This document shows positions 56,836 through 64,000 of a stretch of 64,000 nt of DNA, in pieces. Source of the stretch: Eledone cirrhosa (Eukaryota); the NCBI GenBank assembly GCA_964016885.1, contig OZ024742.1:120652001-120716000 (forward strand), given 5' to 3'. The position numbers and the translations under genes were made by a program. Below the pieces are notes generated by a model that had not been told where the DNA came from, made no database searches, and saw only the letters and a list, made by a program, of their open reading frames with translations. Position 1 is the stretch's first letter, and every line of letters starts with the position of its first letter.

Positions 56836-58402
56836 ATTTGTTGTTTCATCAAACATCATTTCTTGCAACTGAATAATGCTGCCTAAATAATGTCAGCAGG
56901 GACAGATTTAAAACATAGTCCTGGGCTGGATTTTAAATACAAGCCATTAAATTATTAGTCAGTAACCAGTGGAAGTAGTATGGCTAAATGATTAAGAAGT
57001 TTACTTCACAATTTTAAGGCCCTGGGTTGATCTCACTACATGGCATCTTGGGTAAGTATTATTCACTATAGCTTCAGACTAACCCTATCTTTTGAGTTAA
57101 CTTGGGTTGACAGAAACTGTTTGAAAGTTCGTCAGATGAACTGTACCTGTAATTCAAATGGTCACCTTGATCATATGCTATCATGCTTATTCTCCCTGAG
57201 AATACACGTGTCTGTGGAATTCTCAGCCACTTACATGTTAATTTCAGAAGCAGGCTTTCCATTGACTGCACAACTGAAACAAACCTTGTTGAAACCAATA
57301 AAAGTCCATTCCATTCTATGTCAACAACTGAACTATCTCAATTTTACATTGTTGAAAGCAGAGACTACATTTTAATTCAGAATTCATGAACCAAGAAGTG
57401 AACACTTTTCCACTAGATCATTACAATTCTCCACAATAATACTAGTTAGTATTGACTTCAATAAAAGTGATACTACTGCACAGACACTTCCTTCAAGTCA
57501 TTTGCATCTTAATCAAAGTTCTTCCAAGCATAAATCAACATCAGATTTATTTCAGCTCCCTTGAAGAGTTTTCTAATCAACAACTTTGCAATCCTTGTTA
57601 GAAATCAGACAATATGTCTCACTGATAAACTATCAGACCACTGATCTTTTGATTAATATTCCTTGATACTTGATACACTACTAAAGTTTTCACGGAGATA
57701 GAATCATTTACAAGGAAATTAAATGAATGAAAAGTTATAATTTCTTTTATGTCTATTTATTAAAATTTAATTGGATTTTCAGAAATGTAAAGATTACAAA
57801 TATAACAAAAGACAAAAAACAATTATGTATAGAAATAAATAAATAAATGAATACAAAAGTAAAAGACAGGCTAGACAAGTACTTGATTGATTTTGAAAAC
57901 AATTAGACAAAGCAAGAATAGTATAAGTTTATAGTTTACATAATCTAACAAAGTCATTAATGACACAAAAACAAAAGGATGTTCTCAGACAAACATAATA
58001 CCTTATAAACAACCTATTGGAATTTTCCAGCATTATTTTAAGTGGACGGACCCATTATATTTCTATATTATTATTATTATTATTATATTTATTATTGGTA
58101 TTATTTTTTTTTTTTACTGGAAAGTTTAGTGTGAAGGCTGAATAAATCATTGAAGCAAAGAAGAAACTAACTTCAAAAGATTATTTGTTTAAACAACAAA
58201 TAATTATTTGCAAGAGATGTTTTTTTCTTCTGTTTCCACATCAGTTAGATTAGAAATGATTATCAGACAGAATCAAATTATCTATTTTGGATTTTCATTT
58301 TCTTTCAACTTTCATTAAATATCATTGTGTATGTATATGTATGAAGAGATAGATAAACAGGTAAATTGATATAGATATATGTACATAACACACACACGCA
58401 CA

Positions 58403-58435
<33 letters not shown>

Positions 58436-58614
58436 CATCATCATCATCGTTTAACATCCATCTCCCATGCTAGCGTAGAAGATGGACATTAAACAATGAT
58501 GATGATGATGATATATATATATATATATATAATATATACAGAGAGATAAAGAGAAAATATAGAGAAAGATGGTTAGATAGATAAATGGCTATAGATATAT
58601 GTATATAACATAAA

Positions 58615-59655
58615 CAAAATTGGGCATCGTTGGGTTATCAACTACTTGCAGAAAAAGGGTTTAGCCCCTAAGAGCATTGCATTGATGCTGTCATAGTGGA
58701 TACATTAGGGACTGATGACGAGCTTTATTGACAGTGTAAAAGTAGGCAGCTGAATTTAGGTCTTGAAAATGACCCAAGGTCTGGATGTCATGCAACTAAC
58801 ACCATTGAGGAAAACATTGATGGTGATGGATAACAGACAATTAGCTATAAATCAGATAGTCAGTGTTATTAACATATCCTGTGAGAGAGTTGGGAATATT
58901 CTGCACAATGAACTTGGTATGATGAGGATTTCTACTCGGTGGGTGTCACGTTCTCTGACACCTTATCTAAAGCACACCAGGCTGACCACATCATGGGAAA
59001 ATCTGACATTGTTTGAGGCATATTCAGGTGTTTTTCTTGAATGCTTCTGAAATCCAGGATGAGTGTTGGGTTCACCACTTTTAACTAGAGACAAAGAGAC
59101 AATCCATGCAATAGAACCACCCCCTCACCTGCTCAAATGAAAGCCAGGATCGTTTCATCTGCAAGTAAGGTGATGGCTTCAGGTTTTGTGGATACAATGG
59201 AGAGCACTAATCCAACTTGCAGAGGCAGTTATGAAAGGCCATCAAGACCAAATACCCAGGAAAATGGACGAAAGGAGTCTTGTTTTATCAGGACAATGCT
59301 TCAGCACACACGTCCTTGGTTTCAATGGCTGCTCTGTGTGACTGTGGCCTTGAACTGGTTGATGACATACCCTGTTCTCTTGATTTGACGCCCATCTGAC
59401 TATCATCTGTTCCCCAACATAAAAAATCAATTGACTGGCAACCCGTATTGCTGTGATTATGATGTAATATCTACTGTTGGTGAGATTTTTGGCCAACATG
59501 ATGAAAGCTTCCCCAATTGGACCCAAGCCCTGCAACACTGATGGAAGAAGTGTGTATACTGCAAGGGAGATTATGTTAAAAAATAAACTTCATTTGATCA
59601 CATTGCATGAGAGTGTCTTGGTCAGTCAATGAACTTTTTGCAGCCAAACCTCATA
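58615..59655 (+). mobile_element. Decayed mariner transposon
   Basis: WVSR (WVPR-like), QDECWVHHF, QDNASAH and DLTPSDYHLFP motifs across frames; probable right TIR atgaactttttgcagccaaacctcata. Confidence 0.85.
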
Positions 59656-59789
59656 TTTTGGTATGTTATTAAAGAGAGTAGGACCAGATTGTGTTGTAAT
59701 GTTGTTCAGATATGAGGTCAATTTTTGCTGTGGGTGGGTAGCACAGGTGGGTTCTTTGTGTGGGTTTTAAAGTTGATGCCAACATCATT

Positions 59790-60071
59790 TGGAGATATCA
59801 CATCTTCACTGGATGTGGTTAAGCAGATGTCACAGGTTGGGACTTGAAATTCCCTGATATTGGCTAGAGTGCCTGGATGCTTATGGTGGAGAGCAGCCAA
59901 GACATCCGGTGTGGGCCAGAGTACAATTCTGCTCGAAGCTAGTGCATACACTGCAGCAGAAATGTCACCCTCAATCAGTTTAACTTGGTCAGGGAGATGT
60001 TTTATAGAGTTGAAAGAGGACTGCATGTGTGGTGTTGAAATAGGTGGGCAGTAGGAGAGAAGGGAGAGGCT
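59790..60071 (-). mobile_element. CRE-like N-terminal fragment, interrupted by the Gypsy insertion
   Basis: KLIEGDISAAV..LAS..TPDVLAALHHKHP resembles the CRE pre-RT region; probably resumes after 62874. Confidence 0.6.
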
Positions 60072-60337
60072 TGTAGTGGCTGAGATAGTCGCTTGGCAAC
60101 TAGCAGTTGCCTCCCCTTAACAACTCTTCAGAGCGCGGAGGCAATATACATCCGGTCACAGACGCAGGTTCACGAACTCTCTTTGGACCGCGGACATGAA
60201 CAGACGTGGAAAGATTCGCTCCTCAAAATATTGACGTTGTAGGAAATTTATTAAATTATCGCATTTAATAAAATGATCGTTAGATTTGATTGTTCATTTA
60301 TTTATTCAACAAAGAGAAACATTCCTTTCCTTTATTG

Positions 60338-60355
60338 ATCATGTCAGGGTCACCA
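60338..60355 (-). promoter_or_regulatory. tRNA-Trp primer-binding site
   Basis: TGGTGACCCTGACATGAT versus canonical Trp PBS TGGTGACCCCGACGTGAT; two CpG-type changes. Confidence 0.85.
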
Positions 60356-60634
60356 ATAAAGGAAAGGAATGTTTCTCTTTGTTGAATAAATAAATGAACA
60401 ATCAAATCTAACGATCATTTTATTAAATGCGATAATTTAATAAATTTCCTACAACGTCAATATTTTGAGGAGCGAATCTTTCCACGTCTGTTCATGTCCG
60501 CGGTCCAAAGAGAGTTCGTGAACCTGCGTCTGTGACCGGATGTATATTGCCTCCGCTCTCTGAAGAGTTGTTAAGGGGAGGCAACTGCTAGTTGCCAAGC
60601 GACCATCTCAGCCACTACATTCACCTCGGAGCAT

Positions 60635-61010
60635 CAACACAGAGCGAGAGCTCGGCGTTGGGTACTGGGTGGGCGAGCAAAGACGCGCTCGCTAACGCCT
60701 TTTTCACTTTTTTAAAATCATCAAGCTGCGTTTTATTTAAGGAAATGTCCATATTCTTACGCCGGCAACCCTCAAAAATTTCTGTCAACGCGAACAGCAA
60801 TTTGGAACAACCAGGTACGAATCGCCCATAAAAATTTACAAGGCCCAGGAATTGACGTAATTGTCACAGTGAACTTGGCGGAGGCAAATTCGATACTGCC
60901 TTAACCTTCTCAGGAAGAGGTCGAATACCATCAGCGTCAATCAGATGGCATAAAAATGTTAGTGAAGTCGAGCCGAAAACACACTTGGAAGCATTAATAC
61001 GAACATTATA
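60635..61010 (-). pseudogene. Gypsy RT C-terminus to RNase H start (inverted)
   Basis: INASKCVFG..LTFLCHLIDADGIRPLPEKV..QLRQFLGLVNFYGRF..LLAHP..LCVDA. Confidence 0.85.
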
Positions 61011-61014
61011 TCTC

Positions 61015-62175
61015 ACCACGACCTCTAGACCCAGTGGAACATCGACGAACTGCGTTTCTCGCTTTACATGGCATTTCTCACCCAGGAGTATCAGCCTCAG
61101 TAAAACTCATAACAGCCAGATTTTTCTGGCCTGATATAAGACGTGACATTGCTGCTTGGTGTCGTTCCTGTGTCGCTTGCCAACAAGCGAAAGTTCATAG
61201 ACATGTTAAGGCTCCTCTCGGAACCTTCACCTGCCCCGATGCAAGATTTCGTCACATTCATGTGGACATCGTCAGCCCGTGGCCGGTTAGTCGTGGTTTT
61301 TCGTATCTTTTGACGATTGTTTTTCGCGTTGGCCTGAAGCCGTCCCTATAACAGATATCACCGCTGAAACCACAGCCCGTACTCTCGTATCTTCATGGAT
61401 CGCTCGTTTCGGTGTACCAACCACCATAACAACGGATCGTGGTCGTCAATTTGAGTCGAACCTCTTCCGAGAGCTAACCCAAATCCTGGGGGCTACTCGA
61501 ATAAGAACCACGGCTTACCACCCAGCCTCAAACGGAATGGTGGAAAGATTCCACAGGCAGCTCAAAGCCTCCTCAAGGGCTTCCATGGACTCTTCACGTT
61601 GGAGCGAGTACCTACCTATTGTGTTGTTGGGTATTCGGTCGACGGTAAAGGTGGACCTTGGCTTCTCCTCTGCCGAATTAGTTTATGGTACTCCTCTGGC
61701 GCTACCGGGGCAAATGCTGGCCCCTTTTGACCTGACTTCGCAGGACCCCGCTTCCTATGTGTCCCGGCTTCACTCTTATTTCAAGGATCTACCACCGATG
61801 GGCACTAGGAAGCAGACTGTAAAAACTGCCGTCCCAAGGGATATTGCCTTTTGGACACATGTGTTCGTTAGAGACGACGCCGTTAGACCCCCTCTTCAAC
61901 GGCCGTACTCTGGACCCTATTGTGTGCTTGCTCGCACAGACAAACATTTCACACTAGACATTCGGGGTTCCAGGGAAACGGTTTCCGTTGATCGTCTCAA
62001 ACGAGCAAACCTGGACAATGACACACTGACACTTGAAACTCAAATGCCCCCTTCTTTTTCTTTGCCACATAGGCCTATTTCTTCCCCCCCCCCCCCCCCC
62101 CACCATCAACACAGAGAACTACGACCCGTTCTGGGCGAAGGGTGCATTGGCCCCGTAAGCTATGCAGTAATATAA
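61015..62175 (+). pseudogene. Gypsy integrase (frameshifted)
   Basis: HGISHPG..CRSCVACQ (HHCC), [27 protein letters not shown] and PYSGPY motifs. Confidence 0.92.
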
Positions 62176-64000
62176 ACTGAATTGTATTCTTTTTTTTCTT
62201 CCAATTGTTTTTGCTGTATATTGCATTTTGTTACTTTTTGATTCTTGACTGCCTACGGCAGTGTCAATATATTATATTTTTCGTAACATTACGACTGTTG
62301 TCAATTCTGACACAGTCCATTTTTTTAGTGCATTTTTTTTTAACTATGCTACATATGGCATTTTCATTGCCTAGCAAAAAAATGTTTTTTCTTGTTTATC
62401 GCATTTGGGGCCCCTTTATTGCGAAGAGGGTTATCTTTTCATGCATTTTGCATCTTTTACTGTACGTTTTTTTTCTGTGTTAATGCTTGCAGACATGAAC
62501 CTATTTATTTTTTTTTTTTAATTTGTTGATACATGCTTCTACATTTTATAAACTACCTTCGCTTCATTGTTAACGATTTTTCAACAAAAAATCTGCTCCA
62601 AGGTGAATGTAGTGGCTGAGATGGTCGCTTGGCAACTAGCAGTTGCCTCCCCTTAACAACTCTTCAGAGAGCGGAGGCAATATACATCCGGTCACAGACG
62701 CAGGTTCACGAACTCTCTTTGGACCGCGGACATGAACAGACGTGGAAAGATTCGCTCCTCAAAATATTGACGTTGTAGGAAATTTATTAAATTATCGCAT
62801 TTAATAAAATGATCGTTAGATTTGATTGTTCATTTATTTATTCAACAAAGAGAAACATTCCTTTCCTTTAGGCTAATGAAAGGGGGTGACTGAAGGAGTT
62901 GTTATTGCCTCAAAGTCAGAGAGAGAACTGAAACCTCTCTAGCCATCAAGATCTCATGTGCAAGTGTTGCAAAACTGAATAGTTTGTTCCAGGGTTCATG
63001 TGAATTTTATTAAACTACCGTGAATCACAAATATGGTGTCACTTGAGGATTTACATAAATTAGTTCCTTAAGCAATGTTCTCATTCAATGAAATACATGC
63101 TGTAAAATGCCAGATTTGTGGTGTTGTAATAAAATTAACACATCATAACTCTTCTCACAGACTAAGTTGTCTACTCCTATTTGGATATTCTAAAAACTAC
63201 ATACATCATCATCATCATCATCATTACCATTTTTGTCTGCTTTTTTCATGTTTGTATGGGTTGCATGGGTCAATTCCAATGCTGTATCCCTCTACTCGTC
63301 ATGGTCTTTCATCAACTTGAGTGCAAGATTCAGTGATTTGAGATGAATTTCTACAACCTTTGCCTAGGTCTTTCTTGGCCTCCCTCTACTATAACACCAT
63401 TCTACTGGGATTTCTTGCCACTTCTTCATTCAACAATCATCATTCATTTGCTTCACATGCCAGCAGAAGAGTATAGTGGACGTGGCCTTAGATATAAAAA
63501 AATGAGATAAGTATGACTGAAAGATCTTTGATAATAGGTCTTCTTAATTAGGGCTGGCTCAGGACTGTCACCAGACTTTGGGGCTTAGTGTGTGGGGAGA
63601 GCTTCAGAACCTGCTGGGTGGACATCTTTGTATGCCATAATCCTAAGGTGGATTTCCTGAAGAAGAAGCATATCATTATTATTTTTTCTAAATCTGAGGG
63701 TGGTGGGGGTCAGTGCCATCTAGTGCCCCACCCCCTCCCCACCAGCCTCAAGATTGAGATGATCTGTGGTTAAATAACGATTTCTACAATAGGCTAAAGG
63801 TCAGAAATTTAGGGAAGGGGGGGGGAATCGATTATATCAACCCCAGTGCATTACTGGTACCTTATTTCATCAATCCCGTAAGGATAAAATGAAAGACAAA
63901 GTGAACCTCTGCGGGATTTGAACACAGAACATAAAAGGCCATAACTCTATGCTGCAAAGCATGATGTCTGATACTTTACCAATACTGCCAATCCCGTGCT

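Larger units (their letters stand above)
60072..62870 (+). mobile_element. Rearranged Gypsy LTR retrotransposon with three 263-bp LTRs
   Basis: LTRs at 60072-60334(+), 60357-60619(-) and 62608-62870(+); GGCT duplication at 60068-60071 and 62871-62874. Confidence 0.92.

Overview
AT-rich, eukaryotic, gene-poor DNA made almost entirely of microsatellites and retroelement or transposon relics. The SINE/RTE repertoire resembles cephalopod (octopus-type) genomes; this is recalled resemblance, not a database result. No intact host gene is supported, and most ORF-track hits are (TA)n, (CA)n, (CAC)n or (CAT)n artefacts. Recognisable elements: tRNA-derived SINEs, RTE-type LINEs (one with a 5' inversion), three Penelope-like (RT/GIY-YIG) relics, a CRE-like LINE with a restriction-like endonuclease, a mariner, and a young Gypsy relic. 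Two structures stand out. (1) A recurring set of (TA)n-embedded fold-back elements, 110 bp to 3.3 kb. Several carry type I hammerhead ribozyme motifs or fold back within hammerhead stem II, and several share a tail motif. (2) A three-LTR Gypsy element whose middle, inverted LTR is flanked by the PPT-side sequence and exactly 18 nt of tRNA-Trp PBS, like a trapped plus-strand strong-stop DNA.
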